Origin: a virus
Strand: one strand, 5' to 3'
Length of the DNA: 64,000 nucleotides
Virus record (IMG/VR): IMGVR_UViG_3300030390_001781
Location: 5,356-69,355 of that record
Part shown: positions 21,201-31,981 of the stretch, piece by piece
Layout of the letters: every line of letters begins with the position of its first letter
Numbering within the stretch: the first letter of the stretch is position 1
Program-made: the position numbers and the translations under genes
Notes under the pieces: generated by a model
Told to the model about the DNA's origin: nothing
Databases searched by the model: none
The model's input: the letters and a program-made list of their open reading frames with translations, nothing else

Positions 21201-24200
21201 AGGAAAAAGAAGAAAGAGAAGAAGATAAATTAATTGAGGCTATAAAAAAAGAATCCAATTTTATATCCAAAAGTTATGAAAAGATAAAGATAATAGAAAA
21301 GGACTATGAGAATTCTTTTTTCTTTAAAAGATATAATAAGGAAGATGTAAAGTCTTTAGAAGAAGAAATAAAAGAAGCAAATGAAAGGATTGCATATTAT
21401 AAAGAAGAACAAAAAAAGAGAGCAGGAACTTCTACTACAACTGATACAACTACTGAACAAAAAACAGGAGAAGACGTAGAGGAAGAAACTACACCTACTA
21501 AGAAAAAGAAAATTGATTTAAGTAAATTGACCTCTGTAGATAAAGACCAATTAACACCTCCTGATGATCCTACCAATACTAATCCTAGCAATAATCCTAA
21601 TGGCAATACTCAAACTGATGAGGAAATAGAAAAAGAAACATTAGCAACACAAAAAGCAAACAAAAATGAAAAAACCGCAGATAAAGTTATCCCTAAAATT
21701 AATAACTTACCTAGTGGTGATATAAATTTAGAACAAAGAAAAAATATAACTTCTGAGATTAATGATTCACAAAAAATAATTGATAACAATGAACTTTTTG
21801 AAAACATAAAAGAACATTTTAAAAAAATGTTTCCTAAAATACCTGTTCAATTAGTTGATAAATTATTTAATAAATACGGAGTAGAAATATTAGGTCAAGT
21901 ATCTAAAGACGGAATTACTATTTCAGAAGAAGCTTATCAGAATACCTTAGTACACGAATTTGCACACGTTTATATAGATTTAATAGCAGATAAAGAAATT
22001 GTTAAAAATGCTTTAGAATGGATTAAAACTACAAAGTTTTTTCAATTAGCTAAACAGGCATATCCTAGTTATACAACGGAAAAACAAGCTATGGAAGCTT
22101 TAGTTCAAGCTATGTCTGAAAACTCTATACCTAAGCTTGAAGGTATGTTTTCTAATAGTCAATTAACTAAATGGGGTTCAATTGCTAAAAAGCTTTGGAG
22201 AACAATTAAGAGAATGTTTACTGGTGTTAATAAAAGAAACTATATTGATTTTTTATCAGATAGTTTAATTTATAATAGTAAGCCTATAATGGTTGAAACA
22301 AACTATTTAGAAAACAATGCTCTTGAACAAAGAAAAGCTATAGGGGTTGATGTTGCAAACTTTAATAATAATTTTTTATCTAGAAAAACTAAACAGTTTG
22401 TAATTAATTCTTTATTAAATGAAGATAAAAACATTACAGCCGTTAAGGTGTTATCTAATTTACGTATTGCTTTAATAAGCATAATGAATGATAACGAACA
22501 AACTTTTCCAACAGTAGCTTTAAACGCTAAGTACAATGAGCTAATAGATAGTGATAATAAAGTTATTGGTTACGATGTTAAATATAACGAGCTTTCTGAT
22601 AGTAAAAAAATAAGTGTATTATTAGAACAAACAGTTTATGAGTCAGGAGTTTCTTATTTAGAACATATGGCTTATGTTACAGAGCAGTTAGTTAAATTAC
22701 CTACAGAGGTAAAAGAAGATTTTATAGACGAACAGATAAATAGAGATCAAAATAAAGAAGAAGATACTGGAAAAGTAGAAAAAGAAAATATTAAAGGAGA
22801 TAAAAAGATGACTAGTAGTATCGCTTCTTTAATAGGTACACTAGTTGATTCTGATGGTAAAAAAATACATGAAGATTTAGTTTTTTCATATATAGCAAAA
22901 GTTGCACAAAATAGTGTTACAAATCAAGAAGTTGTTACAAAAATTAAAAATGATTCTAAGAAAGGTAATAATATTGCAAATGCTTTGCTTTCTACTTTAA
23001 TGGCTGCAAAACAATACGATAACAGTCAGAAAACAAATGTTTATCAAACTTTATTAATTGAAGTATTATCACAACAATCTGTAGTTTATAAATCTATTAA
23101 TATAAAAACAGAAAGTACAGGAGATAATAAAGTTGAAGTTTACAAAACAAGTGCTTCAAGAATAAAAGCAAACAGAACAAGAGAGTTTAAAAAAAGAATA
23201 CTTGACCCAAGATTTATATCACAGATTATTACTCGTGTTGGGAAAGGTGGAATGAATATCCAAGAAATAATAAATGAACGAATTAAAACAGGCAAAGGAT
23301 ATTTCTTACATAATCAATTAGGTACTTTTGATGTTCAGCAAGTAGATGCTATTGGAGAGTTATTATTTGGTTTAAACGAAGGAGAATTTGATGCTGTTCA
23401 TTATGTAAATTGGTTAATTAAATCAAAACAAAACGAAACAAGAAATAAAACAACTGGTGATTTAATTATTAGGGCTAGAGAATTAAATACAATTAATAAT
23501 ATTTCAGACCCAAAAGCTAAAAAACAAGCTGCTTCTAATTTCTTTATGGTTGAAATTTTAAACACATTTGGTGAGCAACAACAAAAGAAAAAAAATAAAG
23601 CAAACAAATCTAAAAACACTAGTGATGTTATTATGTCTGGTGGTGCTGTTAGTTCTTTAATGTCATTTGCAGCATTCCAATACGATGGTGATATACATAA
23701 TGCAAATATGTTTATTAACTCTTCAGGTAACTCTATAAGCACAACTAGATTAGGTTCATATTTAAATAGAGCCTTTACTAATATTGCAAAAAAGACAGAA
23801 GAAGCAAAAAAGAAAAACAATAAACAAATTACTGTAGAAGGTTTAGATGGTAGAAATAAAAAAGTGTTTTTGTTTAGAAACAATCCTGTCTTTGCAAAAT
23901 TAATGAATGACGGAATTGTAAATCAATTTATAGACGATGCTGTAAACTACGTAGGGGAAAAAGCAACTGAGCATGGGCAACAAAATGAAATTGATTTACT
24001 AATAACTCAATTAGCTTATTTTGCTACAAATCAAAATCGTGATTCCTACGACCAAAAGTTAATGATTAATGACCGTTCACATTCAAACTGGTTAAGTGTA
24101 AATAGATTAGATGCTAATCAAGCAAATACAGTTTTACTTCAACAAAGAAATGTTGACCAATCATTATTAAATGAAAACTATAAACTTCTTGATAAAGCAG

Positions 24201-27200
24201 GAAAGAAAAAATACTTAGAAGAGTTTAATAAAATTTCTTTAAACTATGCTTATGATGAAAAAGGAAAAGTTAAAGTTATAGCTTTTAAAACTGATTTTAT
24301 TAATAAAAAATTTCCTAGTGATTTTACTAAAAATCAAGTAGAAGGTTTTAACAAAAAAATAAAATCTATAGAGCAAGAGAAAAAAACAATAATTGACACT
24401 TTAAATAAAACAAAATTAACCAAAGCTTTTTCTAAAGACCATGTAGGAAATAAAAAACTTTATACAACTTTAGATAAATTAATAACTGCTTTTACTATTA
24501 ACGATAGAATAAATAGGTTAGCTATTAATGACATTGTTTCAGAACCAATAGCATATAGATTAGTAAAAGGAAAGTATAATAAAAAGAAAGGTAAAACAGT
24601 TTACACAGTAGATTCTTCTAACGTTATTAAGCGTAATAGTGGTTTTGATTCATTAGGAACTAAAGTTAATTTAAGTCATCAAAACACAAATAAAACTGTT
24701 AAGACTATTGTGTTTGAAATGAAAGATGACCAAGGAGAAGATATTTCCAATTCATTTTTATTTAGAGGAAGTCAAATGACTAAAGAAATACAAAAACAAC
24801 TAGGAGAAAGAAAGCTAAATAAAATTGGAGATAACTCTAAAGATGGTGAATACATGATAACTGAAGATGGTAGAAACATTTATCATAAAAACTCTTCTAT
24901 AAACTCTATGGAAAATGAAGAGGGTGAAAACAATCTTATTGCAATGGCAAAAGGTAGTATGGGTGAAAACTACAAAGAAAGTAGATTTTACAAAATGTAT
25001 GAAATGCTTCAAATGTTAGAAGAAGAGTATGGAGATGAATATCACATTCAAGTTATTGATGTAGAGTCAACTAAAGGTTCTAAGTTATACGATACACCTT
25101 CATCTATTGATAATTTATATAAAAACATAAAAGATAAAAATTGGAAAGCAATAGATAAATCTAGTTACATCTATGACAGTGAAAACTTTTACATACCATT
25201 TGATGAAAATAAAAAACTTTCAAAGAAAGAGTTAGCATTTCAAGAAGCAAGATTTGCTACACAGCTTGTAAAAATATTAACAAACTTTACTAATTCTGAT
25301 ATTGCTAAAGAAAACAGTCAAGAGTTAGAACAATTAATGGTTGAATTGCTAGAAGAGCAAATTGGATTAAATGAAAATTCTAATAATTACAAAGACTCTG
25401 TGTTAGGAAATGTTTTATTTCAAACAAATTCTATACTAATAGGTTTAAAAGATTCTATTGACCAATTGCAAGACCCTGATACAATTCAGATGCTTGACGA
25501 AATGATTGCATACAATAAATCAGAAGGTAAAAAACTAGATAAGGCAAGAAAAACAATTAAAAGACTTTCAGAAATTGAAGAAGGTTTAAGTAAGGAACAG
25601 CAAGAAGCTTTAACAAAAGCTGAAGATATTGTTAATAATAAAAAAACAATTAACAAAATTGATCACCCTGCTATGTTGCAACAGCTTAAACAAGTTATTA
25701 TCTCTAAGATAAAATCTAAAGGTGTTGATTTAAGACTTCCAGGTGCTTATTTAAAAATGGTTCCTGATATTGATGGCAGATTAAAAAGTGAAAGTTTAGG
25801 TGATAATGAAAATGAAATATTACTTCCTTGGAGTATGTTTGGAAAAACAAAAGAACAAGCTGAGAAGTTCTTAAAAGAACAAAATGAAAAAGGAGGTGTC
25901 TTTGTTCCTGGTGTTAGAGTTCCTGCGTCAGATGCAATCTCTACGCTTAATGCAAGAGTTGTAGGGTTTATAGATGATGCAAATATGGCTGTTCTTCCAC
26001 ATGGTTTTACAGTAAAATCTGATGCTGACCACGATGGAGATAAAGTGTTTATTTACAGAATGGATTTACAAACTAAAGAAGGTAAGACTGTTATAAAAGA
26101 AAATTCTAAAAAGAATAAGATTTATAATTTGATGAATGAATTAATGCAGACTGATGATTATAAAAAAAGAATTAAAGATGGTAGTATTAATCTTGATGTT
26201 TTTGAAAAGCAAGTAAAAGACATTAATGATGAATTAAAAGATTCAGGTCGAAAAGGTTTAAGAGAAGATTTTAATTTCGGAAGTGCTACTGAAATGAATG
26301 AAACAGATGCTCGTTTATCTTTTGGTGAAAAAGCTGTTGGTATTTTAGCTGTTGCTGGTAAGCTTAATGCTGCTTTGTATCAAGCAGGAGTTGTCTTTAA
26401 AGGTAATCCAAAGGTTACTATAATGGGTCAAGAAATAGATTTAGAAGAGATAGATGCTCCTAAGACTGCAAATGATATTGCAATGCTTTTACAAGCTGCT
26501 TTAGATATATCTAAGAAACCTGTTTTATTAACTGCAGGTATTAATGCAAGTAATATTAATGTTGTTGTAGCAATGCTTATAAGTGGTATTAAATTAAAAA
26601 ATGTTATTAAGTTTATTAACCAAGACAATATTATAGATTTTTATACAACTGATAACACGTCAGATAATTCTTACAACAAAAAGAAAAATAAAGACCAATT
26701 AAAAATTAATTTAAAAGACCGAATAATAAACGAAAAAAATACAGCTATACAAAAAGAGTTAGAAACTTTAATGTATTTTACAGAGTTAGGTAATGAGCTA
26801 AATACAGTAACTTCTATTGCTCAGTTAGATGGTAAAATACCTAATGACGGTTATTTATTAAGAGATGTTAAATCTGCTTTTAATTTAATTAAGAATAAAA
26901 ACAGTAAAACTAAATTAAGATATAATGAGTTAGCTAATAAACCTTTAAATCAACATTATGAAAAATTAGTAGATTTTGCTTTAGATACTTTATCTCATCA
27001 TTTTATTACAGAAAACGAAAGTTATTATAAAGAAATTGAACAAGTAAAGAAAAGTAGAGAAGCTTATGGCGTTAAAGAGTTTGATATGAAAACTGAAAAA
27101 CGTAGAATAGATGATATGTTTGCTTTAATGGTATCTCAAAAATTAGATATTGAAGAAGAAATATCTGCTTTAGAATATGGTGATTCTGATTCTCTACTAA

Positions 27201-28345
27201 TAAGGTTAGCCTCTATGGTTGCTTTTTCTCAAAAAGCTAAATTTCAAAATGTTAGTAATACAGAAAACGTATTACAAAAAAAATACATTAAAGCTCAAAA
27301 AGAATTAGTTCCTCAAGATAATACTTCTCAAAATAATGAACAGTATGAATTAGAAATGGCGTTCCGTAGTCTATCTATGAAAATAGAAGGTTTTAATGAA
27401 ACTTTTGGTAACATGATTTCTAATGAAGTTAAACAAGCAACATGGAATGAAAAAGGACAAACAACAGAAGGTATAACTAAAAAACAATATGTTAAGCAAT
27501 ATATTAAATCATTACAAGACCAAAACTTAGTAATACCTGTAACAGAAAATATGTTACCAAAATTAATAGACGTTGCTATTAAGTATGACGAATATTTAGA
27601 TAGTAATATGTCTGAAATGAATCGTTCTAAAGAAAGTGCTAAAAATAAGTTTTTACAATTACTGCAATTAACAACAGAAACAAATCCTTTAACAGACGTA
27701 GAAGAAAGGATATTAACTGGTAAAAATGATATACGTTATTTAACTACTACAGAAAAAAGATTGGCTAAAGAAGATTTTTTAAAACTTCCTTTAGAAACAC
27801 AAAAAGACTTTAAGGCTTATCAAATGTTAAAGTTTGGTTTAAGTAATAAACTAGGAAGTTTAATCAGTATTATGCCTAGTGATTTTACGGTTGAGTATTT
27901 AAAATATATTTCAAATATTAAATCAGACGGTGTTAAAGAAAATAAAATTTATGAATTAAATGATTTAGAAATTGCTGAAAATTATAATGATTTATATTAC
28001 CCATTAAAAAAGTATAAGAGTGCAAATAAATTAGTTGATAATGAAGGTCAGATATTAAAAGACATTAAAGATGTTAAAGAAAATAATGTTGTTTTCTTAA
28101 AAACTGAGTTAACTAAAAATAATGTAAAAACGTATCAAACAGTAAAAGGTAAACCTGGTGTTAGATTTGAAATTGAAGGAGATTCGAACATTTATGAATT
28201 TCAACAATATAATAAAGATGAAAGCATTGTATCAATAATAGACAAAGATTCAATGGCGAAAAAAACAAATGAATATACTACTTTTAGAACAGAGTCTTTA
28301 TCAGAAGCTAGTGATGTTGCTGATAATTTAGACGAAGCTTGTTAA
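18263..28345 (+). CDS. giant virion RNA polymerase polyprotein (two-barrel RNAP, zincin domain, hydrophobic N-terminal region)
   Basis: RVP...MAVLP...SDADHDGDKVF (DxDGD at 26027-26041); HEFAH at 21953-21967; Gly-rich hydrophobic helices in the first ~450 aa; position matches crAss-like vRNAP. Confidence 0.85.
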   Translation: MGETNNSNNATSENQREINNEEYADAFKSLDENFNIPDIAQSFSDTQEQIDPFNAGIAFQEESPTFTEFDQGVLGDFISGVYNTLIVGSVEGMINLAPTISNAITETEVANNWIDSVSKFAYEFELGYSDDFYKPIEKFDDINATHFTAGLGNGIGFVIGIGKFAKAGQLLSKSGRLIRKGEKLLEGTSKAFKSGAKARNSIDDIVKAIFKKGKTSKLKKVPKFKEGLKGKKRVDMLNKLKKLEQTGESSLKNSARFGSFMGGTTMMYGMVQEEALAAGLDRTDAARFALTVAGVVSLTEGAALEAVGAIPALAAKRQIVKAAAQKSFKGMAGKPPSKILEAFLPKYSNALKAADIAKGVMVESFQEFTQTYIEEGAKQFYDVVFADKDAKVGKGKFGQEVFDLDADSFGDFFLDGEDATRTFTNSVFAGILGGIIGGGMAGLQLNAIGGERNIGNESAFNLIADDVINKKTKNRDKINQALTKAYNDDNISKQDIDATNEILDEMEAFVQKNNLVKQVEDPIAQYQMFNLFKAGKVVESKTKTKEQLEKELQGELDKTIEERLIDQENKNSLFDLISSAININYEEIYRTEKAETKDPDEFNDKVLAYQYLAEQVDGNVFTTEEEVLAELDKIYSSEFKKQYQTIEKTVKEQLEKQEERGDFLNEVEEEEFNEFKDNGNISKKRINYLAQKLKNKKDFNEYEQKMYDAKKSEVEQARDFFIKEEKEAKAEQEKAKEENKFKPNEGERKKEEKGEKEENKEKPFNEEEYKKYLETLTEEQLKEEFDNVVTKSDSNVKEKLDSINKEDTRRIKNKKPTGKTKEEIKAEKEEAKKKAKEKTIKDKINDILNIGKSKKSGKNYSKKSAKDVGQDLFSAVLGAMKSAPNYNSEEAKTLFKEYAKTVHPDKNNQTSEREALATAILSAMTEARDKGRVDVLKKLKELFDTEIAKLPKAEKETKKKEEQKKKEREAKEQEEEQENKEKEEREEDKLIEAIKKESNFISKSYEKIKIIEKDYENSFFFKRYNKEDVKSLEEEIKEANERIAYYKEEQKKRAGTSTTTDTTTEQKTGEDVEEETTPTKKKKIDLSKLTSVDKDQLTPPDDPTNTNPSNNPNGNTQTDEEIEKETLATQKANKNEKTADKVIPKINNLPSGDINLEQRKNITSEINDSQKIIDNNELFENIKEHFKKMFPKIPVQLVDKLFNKYGVEILGQVSKDGITISEEAYQNTLVHEFAHVYIDLIADKEIVKNALEWIKTTKFFQLAKQAYPSYTTEKQAMEALVQAMSENSIPKLEGMFSNSQLTKWGSIAKKLWRTIKRMFTGVNKRNYIDFLSDSLIYNSKPIMVETNYLENNALEQRKAIGVDVANFNNNFLSRKTKQFVINSLLNEDKNITAVKVLSNLRIALISIMNDNEQTFPTVALNAKYNELIDSDNKVIGYDVKYNELSDSKKISVLLEQTVYESGVSYLEHMAYVTEQLVKLPTEVKEDFIDEQINRDQNKEEDTGKVEKENIKGDKKMTSSIASLIGTLVDSDGKKIHEDLVFSYIAKVAQNSVTNQEVVTKIKNDSKKGNNIANALLSTLMAAKQYDNSQKTNVYQTLLIEVLSQQSVVYKSINIKTESTGDNKVEVYKTSASRIKANRTREFKKRILDPRFISQIITRVGKGGMNIQEIINERIKTGKGYFLHNQLGTFDVQQVDAIGELLFGLNEGEFDAVHYVNWLIKSKQNETRNKTTGDLIIRARELNTINNISDPKAKKQAASNFFMVEILNTFGEQQQKKKNKANKSKNTSDVIMSGGAVSSLMSFAAFQYDGDIHNANMFINSSGNSISTTRLGSYLNRAFTNIAKKTEEAKKKNNKQITVEGLDGRNKKVFLFRNNPVFAKLMNDGIVNQFIDDAVNYVGEKATEHGQQNEIDLLITQLAYFATNQNRDSYDQKLMINDRSHSNWLSVNRLDANQANTVLLQQRNVDQSLLNENYKLLDKAGKKKYLEEFNKISLNYAYDEKGKVKVIAFKTDFINKKFPSDFTKNQVEGFNKKIKSIEQEKKTIIDTLNKTKLTKAFSKDHVGNKKLYTTLDKLITAFTINDRINRLAINDIVSEPIAYRLVKGKYNKKKGKTVYTVDSSNVIKRNSGFDSLGTKVNLSHQNTNKTVKTIVFEMKDDQGEDISNSFLFRGSQMTKEIQKQLGERKLNKIGDNSKDGEYMITEDGRNIYHKNSSINSMENEEGENNLIAMAKGSMGENYKESRFYKMYEMLQMLEEEYGDEYHIQVIDVESTKGSKLYDTPSSIDNLYKNIKDKNWKAIDKSSYIYDSENFYIPFDENKKLSKKELAFQEARFATQLVKILTNFTNSDIAKENSQELEQLMVELLEEQIGLNENSNNYKDSVLGNVLFQTNSILIGLKDSIDQLQDPDTIQMLDEMIAYNKSEGKKLDKARKTIKRLSEIEEGLSKEQQEALTKAEDIVNNKKTINKIDHPAMLQQLKQVIISKIKSKGVDLRLPGAYLKMVPDIDGRLKSESLGDNENEILLPWSMFGKTKEQAEKFLKEQNEKGGVFVPGVRVPASDAISTLNARVVGFIDDANMAVLPHGFTVKSDADHDGDKVFIYRMDLQTKEGKTVIKENSKKNKIYNLMNELMQTDDYKKRIKDGSINLDVFEKQVKDINDELKDSGRKGLREDFNFGSATEMNETDARLSFGEKAVGILAVAGKLNAALYQAGVVFKGNPKVTIMGQEIDLEEIDAPKTANDIAMLLQAALDISKKPVLLTAGINASNINVVVAMLISGIKLKNVIKFINQDNIIDFYTTDNTSDNSYNKKKNKDQLKINLKDRIINEKNTAIQKELETLMYFTELGNELNTVTSIAQLDGKIPNDGYLLRDVKSAFNLIKNKNSKTKLRYNELANKPLNQHYEKLVDFALDTLSHHFITENESYYKEIEQVKKSREAYGVKEFDMKTEKRRIDDMFALMVSQKLDIEEEISALEYGDSDSLLIRLASMVAFSQKAKFQNVSNTENVLQKKYIKAQKELVPQDNTSQNNEQYELEMAFRSLSMKIEGFNETFGNMISNEVKQATWNEKGQTTEGITKKQYVKQYIKSLQDQNLVIPVTENMLPKLIDVAIKYDEYLDSNMSEMNRSKESAKNKFLQLLQLTTETNPLTDVEERILTGKNDIRYLTTTEKRLAKEDFLKLPLETQKDFKAYQMLKFGLSNKLGSLISIMPSDFTVEYLKYISNIKSDGVKENKIYELNDLEIAENYNDLYYPLKKYKSANKLVDNEGQILKDIKDVKENNVVFLKTELTKNNVKTYQTVKGKPGVRFEIEGDSNIYEFQQYNKDESIVSIIDKDSMAKKTNEYTTFRTESLSEASDVADNLDEAC

Positions 28346-28371
28346 AGGTTAGAATTTAGTAAATTAGCAAT

Positions 28372-31300
28372 ATGAATTGTCCTATACCTACTAACCCACA
28401 ATGGAAAGCCTTAGTTAAAAAGAACGGAAGGAAAAAAGCTATGCAAATATATGTAGCTAATAACTATCAAGTTCCTGATGTAAAGAGCATACCTAAAACT
28501 ATGTTTGATGTTATTAAAGGATTTGCAGTTTCTCAAAGTTCTACTCTTCAAAGATTAAAAGACGACCCTGAATTAACTAGTAAGGTAATTAATGATTTAA
28601 AAAAAGCAATGCCTAATGTTATAATTAACAAGGAAGGTATTATAAAAGAAGATCGAACATTTGTACCATTAAAAGCTGGTGAGATGGGAGAGAGTATTAG
28701 AAACTCTTTACACTCTATGGTTGCTTGGGCTAATGACGCTTATTTAGAAACTCCACCACATGAGTATGCACACATATACATAGATATGTATCGTAATGCT
28801 CCAATGGTAAAAGAAGCTATTGAAAAATATGGAGAAGAAAAATTAGTTGAAAAAATTGGTAGATACTATACAGAACAATATACTGCACCTGGTTTTAAAA
28901 AGTGGGTACAGAAGTTTTGGAATATGTTAAGAGCAATGTTTGGACAACCTAACATTAGATACGAGTTATTTAAGTCTTTTAAAGACAATAAGCAACTCTC
29001 TACTGACACAACAAGAGGAACTGATATAGTTAGGTATCAAAAAATTAAAACTCCTTATAAAAGAAATGATACTGCTTATGTTGAAAATGAACAATTAAAA
29101 GCTCAAGTAGATTTTGATTCTCAACAGGCATATAATTATAAAAATGATACAAAGGGAATACAAAAGAAAGTAGCTTTAAAAAAGCTAGTTTTTGATTTAA
29201 TGAATAGTGATTATTATTCAAATAATAAAAATTATAATAAAATTACTTTAGACTCTTTAGTTCCTGGCGAACTAGCTTTTACTTTTGCCAACTTAGATAA
29301 ATCAGCAATAAAAGAATCTTTAATAGGTTTAAGAGAATTTTACAATAAGAAAATAGAAGACTTAAAAGAAGTTGATAAAGACCAAAGTAGTAAGTATAAA
29401 GAAGTAAACTTTTTTGACACAAATGATTTAAATAATATAAAGAATAGTTATTCTGTTGCAAATACTACTAATAGTGATGCAATACTTGCTTGGTCAATGT
29501 TTACATTATTAAAATTAGACAATCAAGGTGATAGGAATTTGTTACAACAATTTCAATGGGAAAAGTTTGGTATAAAAGAAGGAAGTAAAAAAGCTACAAA
29601 TGTTATAACAGAAGGAACTAAGTTAGCTAGAAATATTTACGATATACAAAAAAGAATAGAAAGAGTAAAGTGGCAAAAAAAGAATTTAGTATTACCTAAT
29701 GGTAAGTCAATAAGTATTGAAGCTGCTTCAAAAATATCTGAAAACGAAATTGAAAGTGCTTCAAAACAAAGAGAAGATTTTTGGTATAATAAAGGATTTA
29801 TTGGTCAAAACCCAGCATTAAAAAAGTTTTTTAAAGTTATAGTACAATTGTTAAATACTTATTTAAGTAACGCAAGACTGCAATCTAAATTTTTAAGTGG
29901 TCAATCAGACAGTGCTATTCAACAAATGCTTTATGAAGAGTTTGAGCATGCAAATCACGCTAAGTTAAAAATTAAACAAGCTGCATTATTATCTTTTAAC
30001 CAAGTGATAAAAAATAGTAAAAATTTAGATGGTAGTTTTTTTAAAAATCAAACTCAAGATATAAATCAATTATCTACAGTAGAAGTTGACCTTGGAGGAA
30101 AGAAGGTTAAATTAACAGAAGCTGAACTACTTAATCTTTATTTAATGATAAGGATGGATAGTTCTAAAGATGATTCAAGAAGTACAAAGGATCAGATTTT
30201 AGAAGACGGTATAGTTTTACAAAATGTTATTGAAGGTAGAGATTTAGCTACTAGAAAGTTTTTGCCAACATTAACTGATTTAAATAATATAAAATCTAAA
30301 ATAGAGTCTAATGAAAGAATGAAAAAAAATGTTGCGTTAATTGATACAACTATGAGTTTTCTATATGAAAAACTTAATAAAGCTCATGTAGATGAATTAG
30401 GTGTAGAGTTAAAAAACGTAAAAAATTATTTTCCAGTTTCTTACGGTTTGAAATCTGAAACCGATGTAAGAAACCGAAAGTCTATGGTAGATTTTATTGG
30501 TGCAAGATATGATAAGAAGACAGATAGGCAGCCTGTAAGAATAAGAGATACTTATCAAGTCGTAGAAAATTATACAGAAAGCGCAAGTCATTATTCAGCG
30601 TATGTTTTACCTATTACAAATGCAAGAAAATTAATTAAAAGTTTAAAACGTAAATATGAAAAAAACGTTTCAAGAAAAGATTATAAAACAATAAATGATT
30701 TAATAACTGCTTTAGAAGGTAACGTAAATAATCTAGAAGATAATTCAATACTTTATAGTTCTCAAGGTGCTAAAAAATCAGCAAAATTTTTTAATAAAAT
30801 AATGTCTAATTTTAGTACTTCTGTATTAGCATTAAACGTACCTACTATGTTTAAGCAACCTATTTCATATCAAGCAGCAGCAGAAGTTATTGATGTTAAA
30901 TTTTTGCAAATGGCTGGATGGGGAAAAGGAATGATTGCAGGTATAGGATATCAAGAAGTGTTTAATCAAATACATAAAAAAAAAATAGGAGACAATAACT
31001 CTATGTTTCCAATAGAGTTTAGAATGGACGATAGTAATCCATTATATGCAATAATGAAAAAATACTCTCCAATATTTGCAGAAAGATTTGAAGGAGCTAT
31101 AAGTAAAGAAACAGGAGAAGCTTTAATGGATAGCAGAATAGGAGATGACCTTATTAATATACCTTTTACAAAAGGTTTAAGAAAAGTTTTAGTAAATTCA
31201 TTTGGCTTTAAAGAAGGTGGTAATTTAGCAATATCTAAAAATGCTGCTATGAGTGGTATTAAAGCTTTTGATATTGCTACAGTTAGTTCTATATGGCAAG

Positions 31301-31971
31301 CAGTACAATTTGAAGCAGAAGAAGTGTTAGGTTTAACTAAAGCTGATGGTGATGCTTTTTATGAACACGTAGCAAGAAGAGCAGAAGAAATAGTAAAAAA
31401 AACACAACCTACTTTTGATACAAACAATAGGTCAGGTTTATCTAATGACAAAACATCTTTAGCTAGGTTTATAACTATGTTTGGTTCAGCTCGTAGTAAA
31501 TTAGCAATGTTAATGATTGAAGGTGCTGTAGATTTAATGAACAATCCTACTACAGAAAATAAACATAAATTTGTAAAACGTTCTGTAAATATAATGGTAT
31601 TGTCTGCTGCTGCTGTAGTTGTTGTTGACATTTTAAAAACATTAACATTGGGTACTGGCTTTGATGACCCTGAAGAAGATATACCTGAGTTTGCTGCATA
31701 CAAAATGATAAGTACAGTTTTAGGTAACTTTTATGGAATAAGTCAAATTGCTGATGTTGTTATTTCAAATATAGATGACGAGCCTTGGAGAAGACAAATA
31801 CAAGACCCTTTCTCAGCTTTAGCACAAGATGCTTCTGCTGTAATTTGGAATACATTTAATGGTGATTTTGACAAAGCTGCTTTAAAAGCTTTAGAAACAA
31901 CAATGAAAGCTACAGGAGCTCCTTTATCTCCTTACTTAATAATTAAGAATATTGTAAAAAGAACAAATTAA
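28372..31971 (+). CDS. large virion cargo protein with N-terminal zincin-like domain
   Basis: MNCP start, TPPHEYAHIYID (28759-28773), NYFP motif, hydrophobic helical C-terminus. Confidence 0.65.
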   Translation: MNCPIPTNPQWKALVKKNGRKKAMQIYVANNYQVPDVKSIPKTMFDVIKGFAVSQSSTLQRLKDDPELTSKVINDLKKAMPNVIINKEGIIKEDRTFVPLKAGEMGESIRNSLHSMVAWANDAYLETPPHEYAHIYIDMYRNAPMVKEAIEKYGEEKLVEKIGRYYTEQYTAPGFKKWVQKFWNMLRAMFGQPNIRYELFKSFKDNKQLSTDTTRGTDIVRYQKIKTPYKRNDTAYVENEQLKAQVDFDSQQAYNYKNDTKGIQKKVALKKLVFDLMNSDYYSNNKNYNKITLDSLVPGELAFTFANLDKSAIKESLIGLREFYNKKIEDLKEVDKDQSSKYKEVNFFDTNDLNNIKNSYSVANTTNSDAILAWSMFTLLKLDNQGDRNLLQQFQWEKFGIKEGSKKATNVITEGTKLARNIYDIQKRIERVKWQKKNLVLPNGKSISIEAASKISENEIESASKQREDFWYNKGFIGQNPALKKFFKVIVQLLNTYLSNARLQSKFLSGQSDSAIQQMLYEEFEHANHAKLKIKQAALLSFNQVIKNSKNLDGSFFKNQTQDINQLSTVEVDLGGKKVKLTEAELLNLYLMIRMDSSKDDSRSTKDQILEDGIVLQNVIEGRDLATRKFLPTLTDLNNIKSKIESNERMKKNVALIDTTMSFLYEKLNKAHVDELGVELKNVKNYFPVSYGLKSETDVRNRKSMVDFIGARYDKKTDRQPVRIRDTYQVVENYTESASHYSAYVLPITNARKLIKSLKRKYEKNVSRKDYKTINDLITALEGNVNNLEDNSILYSSQGAKKSAKFFNKIMSNFSTSVLALNVPTMFKQPISYQAAAEVIDVKFLQMAGWGKGMIAGIGYQEVFNQIHKKKIGDNNSMFPIEFRMDDSNPLYAIMKKYSPIFAERFEGAISKETGEALMDSRIGDDLINIPFTKGLRKVLVNSFGFKEGGNLAISKNAAMSGIKAFDIATVSSIWQAVQFEAEEVLGLTKADGDAFYEHVARRAEEIVKKTQPTFDTNNRSGLSNDKTSLARFITMFGSARSKLAMLMIEGAVDLMNNPTTENKHKFVKRSVNIMVLSAAAVVVVDILKTLTLGTGFDDPEEDIPEFAAYKMISTVLGNFYGISQIADVVISNIDDEPWRRQIQDPFSALAQDASAVIWNTFNGDFDKAALKALETTMKATGAPLSPYLIIKNIVKRTN

Positions 31972-31981
31972 ATAAATAGAG

